A stretch of DNA of 64,000 nucleotides from an uncultured Bacteroidales bacterium (GCA_937892155.1 CALAUG010000022.1:5498-69497), one strand, 5' to 3'; positions 18,446 through 28,636 are shown, counted from the stretch's first letter. Notes: a model not told the origin generated them from the sequence alone. Numbers and translations: made by a program.

Positions 18446-21400
18446 TTATTTCTTTGAAAATTTTATATTTCCCAATCCTTCTATACCTTTTCGTAATAGT
18501 CTGAAATACAATAAGAAATAGCATGCAATGGACATAATCCAAATCATTGCAACGTTGGTCCAGTACGTACTCAAATATGTTCCAAAGAATGGCTTCATAG
18601 GTGCATAGAAGTGGGCACGAATGAGTGGAGACGTAGGTGTAATGAATACAGGATCTGTTTTTTGAACCAAATTACCTTTGTATTCAATCAAGACTGTTAA
18701 ATCGTTTGTGTTTTTACAGAAGTCTTCCAAAGCTTCGTTATAGTAATTTTTCTTAATATCGAGAAATGCCGCATTACCAAGACTGTCAATCATGTGTGGT
18801 GTGCGTTCAATTGTTGGAAGATTCATTTCCTCGCAAGCTTTTGTGCCTAAATCGGTAATGATTGTGTGCGTTAATTTGTCTTTCTGAGAACGATATTTGT
18901 TGTTTTGTTTGATGTAATATTGTTTTACGTCTGCAATATATTGACGTGCAGCAACCAAATTCTCTTTCGAAACATTTCCAGAAGTCAAATTATCAACGAC
19001 ATCCTGATTAATTTTGATAATGCTTCCTGTGTTTTTCAATTCTTTCTTGATTTCGTTGGAAACTAACACAAGATTTTTGTTGAATTGTTCTTGATTTTCG
19101 TTGTATTCCTGGAAACGGATGCAGTCGTTCAATTTGTTATTTAATTGATTTGACCATTCACCTTTGCGGTAACTGCATTCGCTGATTTTCATGTCCAAAT
19201 CGAAGAACGGAGCTTCGTATTTGTTGTTTGCATATTGTTCAACCGCCAAACCTTCGTAAGCCCAACGAGATGTTATAATTTCGCCGTAGAATGGAATATC
19301 CTGTGGGTTTGAAATTGTTGGGTTCAATTTGTCGAAACTTACGATGATACCACTCAAGATAATTTGTGGAATTACAAGGAATGGAATCAAAATGTAGATA
19401 GTCTTAATGTCGTTAAATGAGTCGGAAATTATTAGTCCCAAAATGTTGGCGAAGCTCCAAACGCTGAAAGCCATCAACCAATATTTGAAGAATAATCCGT
19501 GAAGTCCAAGAATCAAGTTGCCGCAAATCACGAACATTAACGATTGAATTGCGGAAATAAATAAAAGAATGATGATTTTTGAAATCAAGTAGCTTGACCA
19601 ACTTAAATGTAAGAACGATTCACGGCTACGGATTTTCTGGTCTCGGAAGATTTCCTCGGCACTAGCTGTTAAACCTACGAAGAAACCGCAGATTACCAAC
19701 ATGAAAATGTAAACAGGAATATTTGCGTTGTTCATCAAGCAATAGCCGACACTTCCGTTTTCGTCAACGTTCCAATATTTAATGATAAATGCCAGGAACA
19801 CCGCAATAATTGGCGATTCCAAACCATTAATAAGCATATATTGCATATTCGAAACCTTCGACAAAAGATCTCGTTTAATGAATACTTTCAGCTGACGGAA
19901 CCAGTTCGGAATTTTGAATGTAATTTCCGGCAATTTTTCTGGAATAGGCTTGTTTTCTGCCTCTTTTCTGTTTTCTCTATATTTTTCGAACCAGTCGGTA
20001 GGAGCAAGTTTACGGATTTCCTGACGTCTTTCGTTCAGCATTGGAGTTCCGTCTTCGTTCAAAATCTTTGCTTCGGTAATGTTGAAGATTTGTTCCGGAT
20101 TCACGTTACCGCAGGTTGGACATTCGCTAATGTTTGCATCGGCTTGGCCTGTGCATTGTTTGAAGTACATAATTGAATCAACTGGAGCACCATAGTAGAT
20201 TTGGAAACCACCAGTATCCAAAATAACCAATCTATCGAATGTCTTGAAAATATCGGAAGATGGTTGGTGAATAACAACGAACACCAATTTGCCCTTTAAA
20301 GCAAGTTCCTTCAAAAGGTCCATAATATTTTCCGAGTCTTTTGATGACAAACCAGAAGTTGGTTCGTCAAGGAACAAGATTGCAGGTTCACGGATTAACT
20401 CCAATGCGATGTTCAAACGTTTTCTTTGTCCACCGGAAATTTCTTTCTTCAATTCGTCACCAACAACGTTGTCTTTTCGTTCGTACAATCCTAAACTTTG
20501 TAGAACTTTTTCGCATCGTTCTGCAATTTCTTCGTCGGTTAGGTTGTCAAAGCAAAGTTTTGCGCTGTAGAAAAGGTTTTCGTAAACAGTTAATTCCTTA
20601 ATCAAAAGGTCGTCTTGCGGTACGAAACCGATAAGTCCGTTTAATTTTCCTTCGGTGTCGTGATGAAGGTCAATATTGTTGATGGTAACTTTTCCGCTTG
20701 TTGGAATGTAGTTCCCGTTTAAAACGTTCAGCAATGTTGATTTACCAGCACCCGACGCACCCATGATTCCGACCAAACTTCCAGAAGTTTCTTCTATAGA
20801 AAATTCGTGGAGACCAATATTTCCGCCACGGAATTTGTATGTGATGTCGTCAACTTTGAACACAACACCTTCGTTTGAACTGCCGGCGTTGAACGTATTC
20901 AAAATTTCACTGTAGTAAATTGGCTTCATCTGCATACTTCTGATTGCAGTACCAATATTCAGAATCGTAACCTTGTCTTCGTAAATTGGTTGGCTGTTCA
21001 ATGTGATTGCACCAACTTGGAACGAACGGAATATCAATAGGTTGGATGCACGAAGATAAAATACTTTTATAGTGCCCGAAAGGTGAGGAGAGCAAATGTG
21101 TTTTGCCATCACTTCGCCAGTTTCCTGCGAATTGTTGATTACCAACAAATTCTCGGAATCCGGAATTTCTTCAAATTCGTGAAGAATGAATTCACATAGT
21201 TGGTTGTATTCTTCGGAATCAATGTTCAAGTCTTCAACCAGAGCATTCAAATATTCTTTTTCGGTGTCGGTTATTGAATTATCTGTCGAAACGAATTCCA
21301 ACAAACTGATGATAACATACAATTTTTGACGTTGAGTCAATTCTTGGTTTATGCTGTTTCCAATTTTGTGGATACGTGCAGAAAGTTTTGCCTCGATTTT

Positions 21401-21643
21401 ATATTTTAATGCTTCAGCGTCAACTTCACCTTTTTTAGCAGCTTTTTCTGTAATACGATTGACGTCGGCCATCACTTCATCGTATTCCTGCTCAAATGTG
21501 GGGAGGAATTTTTTGGCCAATTCTTTGTTTAACTGTGCCGCAAGAAATAATTCTACAATTTTTATTTTATCACTTTTGTTACCATCGGTTTTTGCAAAAA
21601 CTGCAAACAGCTTCAATAAAGCTTCAATTATTCGTTCACTCAT
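18446..21643 (-). CDS. Fused ABCG/ABC-2-type transporter (ATPase + permease) with N-terminal TerB-like repeats and a long C-terminal extension
   Basis: 1065 aa. Domain order as read by eye:
- aa 1-165: two helical TerB-like modules (LLKLFAVFAKTDGNKSD..., VIISLLEFVSTDNSITDTEKEYL...).
- A beta-rich linker.
- The ATPase: GASGAGKSTLLNVLNG, ISGGQRKRLNIA, ILFLDEPTSGL.
- A CPTCG knuckle.
- An ABC-2 membrane domain.
- About 250 aa of extra soluble region plus a terminal TM helix. Confidence 0.8.
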   Translation of the reverse strand: MSERIIEALLKLFAVFAKTDGNKSDKIKIVELFLAAQLNKELAKKFLPTFEQEYDEVMADVNRITEKAAKKGEVDAEALKYKIEAKLSARIHKIGNSINQELTQRQKLYVIISLLEFVSTDNSITDTEKEYLNALVEDLNIDSEEYNQLCEFILHEFEEIPDSENLLVINNSQETGEVMAKHICSPHLSGTIKVFYLRASNLLIFRSFQVGAITLNSQPIYEDKVTILNIGTAIRSMQMKPIYYSEILNTFNAGSSNEGVVFKVDDITYKFRGGNIGLHEFSIEETSGSLVGIMGASGAGKSTLLNVLNGNYIPTSGKVTINNIDLHHDTEGKLNGLIGFVPQDDLLIKELTVYENLFYSAKLCFDNLTDEEIAERCEKVLQSLGLYERKDNVVGDELKKEISGGQRKRLNIALELIREPAILFLDEPTSGLSSKDSENIMDLLKELALKGKLVFVVIHQPSSDIFKTFDRLVILDTGGFQIYYGAPVDSIMYFKQCTGQADANISECPTCGNVNPEQIFNITEAKILNEDGTPMLNERRQEIRKLAPTDWFEKYRENRKEAENKPIPEKLPEITFKIPNWFRQLKVFIKRDLLSKVSNMQYMLINGLESPIIAVFLAFIIKYWNVDENGSVGYCLMNNANIPVYIFMLVICGFFVGLTASAEEIFRDQKIRSRESFLHLSWSSYLISKIIILLFISAIQSLMFVICGNLILGLHGLFFKYWLMAFSVWSFANILGLIISDSFNDIKTIYILIPFLVIPQIILSGIIVSFDKLNPTISNPQDIPFYGEIITSRWAYEGLAVEQYANNKYEAPFFDLDMKISECSYRKGEWSNQLNNKLNDCIRFQEYNENQEQFNKNLVLVSNEIKKELKNTGSIIKINQDVVDNLTSGNVSKENLVAARQYIADVKQYYIKQNNKYRSQKDKLTHTIITDLGTKACEEMNLPTIERTPHMIDSLGNAAFLDIKKNYYNEALEDFCKNTNDLTVLIEYKGNLVQKTDPVFITPTSPLIRAHFYAPMKPFFGTYLSTYWTNVAMIWIMSIACYFLLYFRLLRKGIEGLGNIKFSKK

Positions 21644-21670
21644 GTCTTATGTATTTTGACTGCAAAATTA

Positions 21671-22069
21671 TTATTTTTTATATCCTATCAATAAAATTAT
21701 TTCGTCCGTTTCCACATTGTTATCAACCAGTTGTAGTTTGATTTTGCCGTTGAATGTTTCTTTTATATGAAAATTCCAATAATTGGTATAGTTATATTTT
21801 TTGTTGTTGAACAGTATATTGTTTTGTGTATCAATCACTTGAAAATTAATTCTACTTAATTGCTGTGCACAGACGATGATTCGGTATTCATTGCCTGCAG
21901 TTAATGTTATGTCACATTCTTTTGTGTCGGTAGCAGAAATCGTTGTCGAGTAATACTGCCCGTCGGAAATATATTCATCCGTCAGCAGGCTTGTACACGA
22001 CATCTGTGCGAAAGACTGAAGAGACGATGTTGTCAGCAGAACGAGGAGTATTGGTAGAATCTTTTTCAT
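21671..22069 (-). CDS. Small secreted beta-rich protein, unknown function
   Basis: 132 aa with signal peptide MKKILPILLVLLTTSSLQSFAQ. Overlaps the upstream gene by 4 nt and ends 27 nt before the ABC gene. Confidence 0.6.
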   Translation of the reverse strand: MKKILPILLVLLTTSSLQSFAQMSCTSLLTDEYISDGQYYSTTISATDTKECDITLTAGNEYRIIVCAQQLSRINFQVIDTQNNILFNNKKYNYTNYWNFHIKETFNGKIKLQLVDNNVETDEIILLIGYKK

Positions 22070-22965
22070 TTGATGATTTCGTTTCGTAATTTTTCTATTT
22101 TGCTCGTAATGAGTTGAATATGTTCTGGAAGAATAATCAATTTAGAATTGCTGTTTATGATTGTCAAGTGTTGATTTGCTATGGTTGTCGGTTCCTGATA
22201 GGTGTATTCGTATGTTATTCCGTCAAATTCGTAGCAAATGTCAACGATTTCTTTTATCAAATTTGTGTATTCAGCAGATTTATTGTAGTATGGTCTTAAA
22301 ATATTGAGAATGGTTTCTGCTATAAATTTATGTTCTGCAATTTTTTGTACAGTAATATCATTGTGTTTTATCTTTTCAATTTGAGTGAGGTAATATAGAC
22401 TTTCTACCCAGCAACCTGTAAGAATCAAAGAGGCTTCTGCTTTCTGTTTTTCATTTTTAAGCAATTGGTCGGACTCCTGAAATTTACGGGTGAGAATTAT
22501 GAGAAGTGAATCTTTATTTTCCATATTGTTTTCGAGTCGTTCCATTGTAGTTGCATCAAAAACTGTTGCCAATTCTACTTGATTTGCCAAAGCCTTTAAT
22601 GTTGCAAAATAGTTTAATGCATCTGCAATTTGCTCATAAAGAGACATATATGAAATGTCTATGCCATAGACGCCCATATTGAGCAGTTTCTTAAACGACG
22701 ATTCGTATAGATTCAGATTCATAACTGAGTTCGGAAGTGACTGCTCGTATGGTAAATCTAAACTTTTAAGGTGATTCATTATTTCGTATGGCGAAGGGAG
22801 ACAATAAATGGAACCATCAATCATTCCTACCAATGATTTATCTGGAACGTTAGTCTGTGTAGTGTCTTCGGCTATTTCCGAAGAAGTGTCGTCTTGCTTT
22901 GTTGTGTTGCAAGAATAAAAAAACAAAAAAAGAACCGATATGCAATAAAATATCTTGTTTCTCAT
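22066..22965 (-). CDS. Helical lipoprotein, unknown function
   Basis: Start taken at internal ATG 22963-22965 (MRNKIFYCISVLFLFFYSC-N lipobox). About 299 aa, predicted mostly alpha-helical. Confidence 0.6.
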   Translation of the reverse strand: MRNKIFYCISVLFLFFYSCNTTKQDDTSSEIAEDTTQTNVPDKSLVGMIDGSIYCLPSPYEIMNHLKSLDLPYEQSLPNSVMNLNLYESSFKKLLNMGVYGIDISYMSLYEQIADALNYFATLKALANQVELATVFDATTMERLENNMENKDSLLIILTRKFQESDQLLKNEKQKAEASLILTGCWVESLYYLTQIEKIKHNDITVQKIAEHKFIAETILNILRPYYNKSAEYTNLIKEIVDICYEFDGITYEYTYQEPTTIANQHLTIINSNSKLIILPEHIQLITSKIEKLRNEIIK

Positions 22966-23110
22966 ACGAACAATTACCACGGAAAAGTAGTAAAATTTTT
23001 CCAAACGGCAATGGTTCAGTCAAACGAAAAATACATAATTCACAAAGGATAATGCACAAAAAAAAGATGAAGCAAAACTTCATCTTTTTCTTAACCTTTA
23101 ACCAATATCT

Positions 23111-25228
23111 TTATTTTATAGAATTGATGAAGTCTGAAACAATTTGATATGTTTCATATAAGGTTACGTCTTCTTTTATTGATTTATTCCAATCGTCAAC
23201 GCGTTTCTTTTCAACCGAGTCTAGTGCAGCATCATTTTTTGAGACTGTATTCAGACTGATAATTTCAAATGGCACTGCGCATTTACCTGCATCTTTGTAT
23301 TTCTTAGATAGTTTTGCATCTTGTTCGTCTTTTGCCCTAAATGCAGATATTTCGAGTGGCAAAGATTCTTGTTCTTTTGTGTCGGCAAGCCATTTTGCTG
23401 CATTGCGAATCAACAAAAATGAAGAATCTTTTTGTGTACGTGCGTTGCTTTTCTTTGCTAATTCTTTGAAGTTAGGCACAGTCTTCCACGTTGTGAAAGG
23501 TGCGGCTTTTATTTCCGTCCATGGGAGCGGGTAGTCTAGTTCTTTCTCTCCAATTTCAATCTTATCATATAGATCAGGCAGGATAATGTCTGGTTTTACG
23601 CCTTGAAATTGTGTGGTACCGCCATTAATTCTATAAAATTTTTGAATGGTAACTTTCAGTGCACCAAGAGGTTTTTGAGACTGGTATTCATACGAAACCA
23701 TGCGGTCAATATCTATTACCCGTTGTACGGTTCCTTTACCATACGTCGATTCGGTACCTACAATGATGGCACGTTTGTAATCTTGCATAGCTGCCGCTAA
23801 AATTTCTGATGCTGATGCACTGAATGTATTGACCATAATTGCTAATGGTCCATCGTAGAGAACTTTCCCATCGTTGTCGTTGTATGCCCGTGCTGGTTCA
23901 TTCATCGATTTTACTTGAACGATAGGACCTTTGTCTATGAATAAACCACCAATCTCAACCACGTCGTTCAACGAACCGCCTCCATTGTTGCGAAGGTCAA
24001 TGATGATGCCTTCAACATTGGCTTCTTTTAGTTTGATAACTTCTTTCTCTATATCTTTTGAACATCGTCTTCCTCGAGAATCGTTCATGTCTGTATAGAA
24101 TTGAGGCAGATAGATGTATCCAATCTTATGTGCTTTTTTGTCGTTTGTTGTTATGATGGTTGATTTCGCGTACTTTTCTTCCAACACAATTACGTCGCGG
24201 ATTATAGGTATTTGAACGATGGAACCATCAATTTTCTTTACTGTTAGTACCACTTTTGAACCTTTAGGACCGCGGATGAGACGGACGGCTTCGTCCAAAC
24301 GCATATCAATAATTTCAACAGGCTCGTTGTCGCCTTGTGCAACTTTAAGAATTATGTCTTCGGCTTTAAGTTCTCCTTGCTTCCACGATGGACTTCCTGG
24401 CATGATTTCAACGACTTTTATGTAACCGTCTTTTTCGGAAAGTGTTGCACCGATACCTTCCAATTTTCCAGACATGGAGATGTCAAAATCTTCTTTTTCT
24501 GTAGGTGGAAAATAGTTTGAGTGTGGGTCAAATGCGCCAGCAATGGCATTCACGTAATACGAAAATCTGTCGTTTCTGGAAATTTTGTCAATACGTTTGA
24601 AACGTGTCTCGTAGCGTTTTAACACTTTACTTCTCGCATCTTTTTCTAATACTTCAAAAGATTTTATTGTAACTGTGTCTGATTTTTCCGCTGCCTTTTT
24701 TTGCTCATTTTCGCTCGCAATGATTTCGCTTAATACCTGATATTTCAAATATTTACGCCAATATTCTTCCAATTCTGCCTGATTGTTGCAATATTCACGT
24801 TTGTCCATGTTGAGGTTTATCGTCTCTTGTTGGTTGTAATCGAACGGTTCCTCTAACAACTTAGGATAAAGTTTCTCAATCTTTTTGACCTGACCGTCAA
24901 TTAACTCTATAGATAAATTGAAAAAATCAAGTGAGTTTGCTTTGATTTGATCATCAATTGATGTTTTGTAAGATGAAAGTACATCAATTTGATCTTTGGA
25001 AAAATACATTTTGTTGTAGTCCAGACTTTTGAGGTAGAGGTCGAAAACTCGTTGCGAAAAATTGTCGTCTAAGTTTTGTGGACTATAGTGGAATGATTTT
25101 AATAGTTCGTACGTTGAACCAACAATCAGTTTTTCTTTCGGTTCATTGTTCTGATATACAAAGAACGCACCCAGTAAAAGTGCTGTTCCCAAAATGAGCG
25201 AAATAGGAAGTATTCTCTTGAGTTTCAT
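23111..25228 (-). CDS. Carboxy-terminal processing (tail-specific) protease, peptidase S41
   Basis: 705 aa. Contains a Prc-type N-terminal domain, a PDZ domain (GIGATLSEKDGYIKVVEIMPGSPS) and the S41 core (IIDLRNNGGGSL...SASASEILAAAMQD...GKGTVQ). Confidence 0.92.
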   Translation of the reverse strand: MKLKRILPISLILGTALLLGAFFVYQNNEPKEKLIVGSTYELLKSFHYSPQNLDDNFSQRVFDLYLKSLDYNKMYFSKDQIDVLSSYKTSIDDQIKANSLDFFNLSIELIDGQVKKIEKLYPKLLEEPFDYNQQETINLNMDKREYCNNQAELEEYWRKYLKYQVLSEIIASENEQKKAAEKSDTVTIKSFEVLEKDARSKVLKRYETRFKRIDKISRNDRFSYYVNAIAGAFDPHSNYFPPTEKEDFDISMSGKLEGIGATLSEKDGYIKVVEIMPGSPSWKQGELKAEDIILKVAQGDNEPVEIIDMRLDEAVRLIRGPKGSKVVLTVKKIDGSIVQIPIIRDVIVLEEKYAKSTIITTNDKKAHKIGYIYLPQFYTDMNDSRGRRCSKDIEKEVIKLKEANVEGIIIDLRNNGGGSLNDVVEIGGLFIDKGPIVQVKSMNEPARAYNDNDGKVLYDGPLAIMVNTFSASASEILAAAMQDYKRAIIVGTESTYGKGTVQRVIDIDRMVSYEYQSQKPLGALKVTIQKFYRINGGTTQFQGVKPDIILPDLYDKIEIGEKELDYPLPWTEIKAAPFTTWKTVPNFKELAKKSNARTQKDSSFLLIRNAAKWLADTKEQESLPLEISAFRAKDEQDAKLSKKYKDAGKCAVPFEIISLNTVSKNDAALDSVEKKRVDDWNKSIKEDVTLYETYQIVSDFINSIK

Positions 25229-25368
25229 TCGTTACAAAAATTTGAACGAAGGTACTAATAAATTTGGGAAATAAATTATAGTTACGGGAAAAATGCGAAA
25301 AGGTTTTTGGAATCAGGAACCAAGGTATAGGAATCAGAATCTGATTTTAAACGTTTATCCTTAATACT

Positions 25369-26088
25369 TTACAATTCTATTGTTTTCTCCTTTCGGGATG
25401 GTGGTGTGAGTTCCGGATCGTTGCTGGAGTTTGCGCTAAATTTTTCTTTCAGTATGATAGAAAATGATAAAGTAAACAATTGCGATTTTGCAATACTGCC
25501 GAAATCACCAAGTGGACCGTTATAGTCTTTGTTTAGAAAATCGTTGGGATAATAGGTCGCTTTTATATTGAGCGAAATAGGTGTTTGTATGCCTAAAAAT
25601 ACCGATGGAATGAATGACGGCGTTGCTTTGCTGAGCCATTCTCCCTCCTTGGTGACTTTTTTGCTTGTCTCGTATAGTTTTTGACGATAGTGAAACGCCC
25701 AATCTATTCCAGCTCCGGCATAGCACCAAAATCCTTTGTCGTAGAAAGATCCAAATTTTGCTGCGAAGGATGCTCCAGCGGCAAAAATCCTGCGTTTTAT
25801 TGTTTTGTATGTGATTGTGTCTATTTGTTCGTCTTTAGTTTTAATACCAATGTTTTTTAGAGAAATTCCAGGCATCAATCCGAAATGGTTGCCGAAGTTT
25901 ATGTTCATATAGCACGGCCAGTTCGTGAAATATGATGCACGGATTCCGTTTTTTGCAGTGTTTCCTTCTATGTCTGTTTGGGTAAATTGAAGAATTAATT
26001 CTCCAGGTTCGGTGAAGTAAACTTTCTTTTGTGCAAAAGTAAAAGTCGTCGATACGAGTAAAATGAGTATTCCTATAAGTTTCTTCAT
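25369..26088 (-). CDS. Secreted, probable outer-membrane beta-barrel protein (unknown function)
   Basis: 239 aa with signal peptide ending TFTFAQ and alternating hydrophobic beta-strand patterning. Overlaps the upstream AP-family gene by 4 nt. Confidence 0.5.
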   Translation of the reverse strand: MKKLIGILILLVSTTFTFAQKKVYFTEPGELILQFTQTDIEGNTAKNGIRASYFTNWPCYMNINFGNHFGLMPGISLKNIGIKTKDEQIDTITYKTIKRRIFAAGASFAAKFGSFYDKGFWCYAGAGIDWAFHYRQKLYETSKKVTKEGEWLSKATPSFIPSVFLGIQTPISLNIKATYYPNDFLNKDYNGPLGDFGSIAKSQLFTLSFSIILKEKFSANSSNDPELTPPSRKEKTIEL

Positions 26089-27746
26089 TCTTTTGTTAAA
26101 TTTTCAATTAATTTCCCCGTAGCCATATTGGGCTTGGATGTTTTGGTAATATTGCACAAACTTACGATAATATCGGTTAATTCTACCCGTTGCTTCAAGA
26201 TTTTTGGCTCCATTTTCCATCCGTACCAGATGAGCGGTATGTGTGTATCGTAATTGTAGGGCGATAAATGCGAACCTACAGTTTCCACTGATTGTTCTCC
26301 CCAACCAGGTTTTAAGACAAGAAATAAATCAGCGGAACGCTCGGGGTTATATGAATTGTCAACGTAGCGATATATGTCGTTGGAGCAGAAATTATGGTTC
26401 GCAAGCCAAACAGAGCCGACAACTGTCTGAATACCACTTATTTGCTGAAGAAATTCCGTACAGTCGTCTTCTATTTCCGCAAGACTCACGTTGTGCTTAC
26501 GTAGTGCGCTATTGTTGAAATAAATTTGCAAACTTTGGTAATTTTCTATCCAGTCATCTTCGCCAAATGTTACGTCTAAGTATTTGTCTAACAAGTACAT
26601 CGTCTCTGTTGGTTTAAAAATACCTAATTTCATAGATTTCTGTAAATCGTATTTTGGCGAAATCGACATTCCGTGATTTGATGTTAAAACGAACAGAAAA
26701 TTGTCTTTCCCAATATGCGTTTCCAGATAATTCAGGAAAAACATCAATTCAAAATCTAAGCGTATGTATGTATCTTCAATTTCTTTGGAAACACATCCGA
26801 AGCGGTTCCCAATTTCTTCGGTTGCAGTGTATGCTATGGTTAGAAAATCGGTGTGGTCGCCTTTGCCAAGTTTTTCATTTTCGATTAATTCTATTGCCAA
26901 ATCTTTTGTGTAGGTGTTGCCGAAAGGTGTTATTTTTAAAATTTTGTACGGCTTATAGGAATCTTTCATCCTGCTGAGTTGGTAGGGGAAAATCGTCTGG
27001 TTTTTTATGCCAATTTCAAATTTTGCATCATCTCTGCTGGATTCTCTGTATTTCTCAATAGGTAGAAATGTATTCCATGTGCGGTTAATGTACAAATTGG
27101 CAAATCCTTTGTTGTTAAAGGCGTATAGCCACGACGGAAGTGTTTTGTTATAGTAAGTTCCACTCATCCAGTTTCCTGTGTATTCGTTCATCCAAAATAC
27201 TCCATTGGAATGGTGTCCGGCACACAAAACTGCCGCTTGTTGATCTATACTGATAGTATATGAACGTGAACGTCCGAACGATTGAAGCATCAGTTCGTCT
27301 CCATAAGTGCTTGCAATTAAATTGTTTGCAGAAACTTGGTATTCGTCATGTGCGTCGTCACCAATACAGGGATAATTGTCGTCACCAACGCTATGAACTT
27401 TGGAGTTAAGTTTTCTACTGTACCACGAATTGCCAATAATACCGTGATTTGCGGGAGTTGTTCCTGTCGATAGTGAAGCGAAAGAACTTGCACTGTATTC
27501 GTATGCAAAATTGACGTGTGCATCGGCACATTGCGTGCCATCTGACAAAAGTTTTTTGAAACCTCCGCTCGAGAAATGCGGACTGAATCGTTCCAAATAT
27601 TCGTAACGCATTTGTTCAACAACAACCATTACGACAAGTTTTGGCTTGGCTGGTGGTACTTGTTGACAAAATCCTTGTATAATGCTACAAGAAAATGTTA
27701 TCAGGAAAATACAGCTTCGGACGAGTTTAGAAAGATTGTTTGTCAT
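26085..27746 (-). CDS. Alkaline-phosphatase-superfamily protein, PafA/NPP-like, with substituted metal ligands
   Basis: 553 aa with a signal peptide. PafA-like blocks are PKLVVMVVVEQMRYEYL, TPANHGIIGNSWY, TATEEIGNRFG, LTSNHGMS and GSHLSPYNYDTHIPLIWYG. Confidence 0.75.
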   Translation of the reverse strand: MTNNLSKLVRSCIFLITFSCSIIQGFCQQVPPAKPKLVVMVVVEQMRYEYLERFSPHFSSGGFKKLLSDGTQCADAHVNFAYEYSASSFASLSTGTTPANHGIIGNSWYSRKLNSKVHSVGDDNYPCIGDDAHDEYQVSANNLIASTYGDELMLQSFGRSRSYTISIDQQAAVLCAGHHSNGVFWMNEYTGNWMSGTYYNKTLPSWLYAFNNKGFANLYINRTWNTFLPIEKYRESSRDDAKFEIGIKNQTIFPYQLSRMKDSYKPYKILKITPFGNTYTKDLAIELIENEKLGKGDHTDFLTIAYTATEEIGNRFGCVSKEIEDTYIRLDFELMFFLNYLETHIGKDNFLFVLTSNHGMSISPKYDLQKSMKLGIFKPTETMYLLDKYLDVTFGEDDWIENYQSLQIYFNNSALRKHNVSLAEIEDDCTEFLQQISGIQTVVGSVWLANHNFCSNDIYRYVDNSYNPERSADLFLVLKPGWGEQSVETVGSHLSPYNYDTHIPLIWYGWKMEPKILKQRVELTDIIVSLCNITKTSKPNMATGKLIENLTKE

Positions 27747-27764
27747 CAGATTGCTCTGCGAAAA

Positions 27765-28607
27765 TTAGAATGCTTTCAAACTTAAATCCAAACTGCTGAT
27801 GTGATGCGTTAATGCCCCTACGGAAATGTAATCAACACCGGCTTCTGCGTACGCACGGATAGATTCTTTTGTAATTCCGCCAGATGACTCTGTCTTGCAT
27901 TTTCCGTTTATGAGAGCGACAGCTTTTTTAGTCTCTTCGGGCGTGAAATTATCAATTAGGATTCTTTCAACGTCAAATTTTAATATCTCTTCAATTTCGT
28001 CCAATGTACGGGCTTCAACTTCAATCTTTAAATCTTTGCCTTTCGCTTTCAAATACTCTTTTGTTTTCGTGATTGCTTGTGTCACGCCGCCAGCATAATC
28101 GATATGGTTATCTTTAATGAGAATCATGTCGTACAAGCCAATGCGGTGGTTCTCTCCGCCGCCAATCTTGACGGCATATTTTTCTAATAAACGAAGACCT
28201 GGAGTCGTTTTTCTGGTGTCAAGAATTTTTGCGTTTGTACCTTCCAGTAATTTTACATATTCGTGTGTCTGCGTGGCAATACCGCTCAAACGTTGCATAA
28301 AATTCAACACAAGACGTTCGGTCTGCAATATTGAAATCGTTTTACCTTCGACAGTGAATGCAATGTCACCCTTTTTGATAGCATCGCCATCGTGAAGAAT
28401 TTGGGTCATTTTTAATGTCGGGTCGAATTTGTTGAATATCTTCTTTGCCAATTCTACGCCACATAAAATACCATCTTGCTTTACCAGCAAACGGGCACGA
28501 CCTTCTAAATCGTGTGGAATACATGACAACGTTGTGTGGTCGCCATCGCCAATATCTTCTTTAAACGCAATGTCTATCGTAGCATCAATAAGTGGACTGT
28601 CAATCAT
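27765..28607 (-). CDS. nadC: Nicotinate-nucleotide pyrophosphorylase (carboxylating)
   Basis: 280 aa. Contains EDIGDGDHTT, ILDTRKTTPGLR, GGGENHRIGLYD and DNF..E. Confidence 0.93.
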   Translation of the reverse strand: MIDSPLIDATIDIAFKEDIGDGDHTTLSCIPHDLEGRARLLVKQDGILCGVELAKKIFNKFDPTLKMTQILHDGDAIKKGDIAFTVEGKTISILQTERLVLNFMQRLSGIATQTHEYVKLLEGTNAKILDTRKTTPGLRLLEKYAVKIGGGENHRIGLYDMILIKDNHIDYAGGVTQAITKTKEYLKAKGKDLKIEVEARTLDEIEEILKFDVERILIDNFTPEETKKAVALINGKCKTESSGGITKESIRAYAEAGVDYISVGALTHHISSLDLSLKAF

Positions 28608-28628
28608 TTCTGTTAAATTTTAGTTTGT

Positions 28629-28636
28629 CAAATGTA
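28629..28636 (-). promoter_or_regulatory. Bacteroidota -7 promoter box (TACATTTG) upstream of nadC
   Basis: Plus strand caaatgta, 22 nt upstream of the nadC ATG. It lies within the 15-nt block 28625-28639 that is identical to 7158-7172. Confidence 0.4.
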
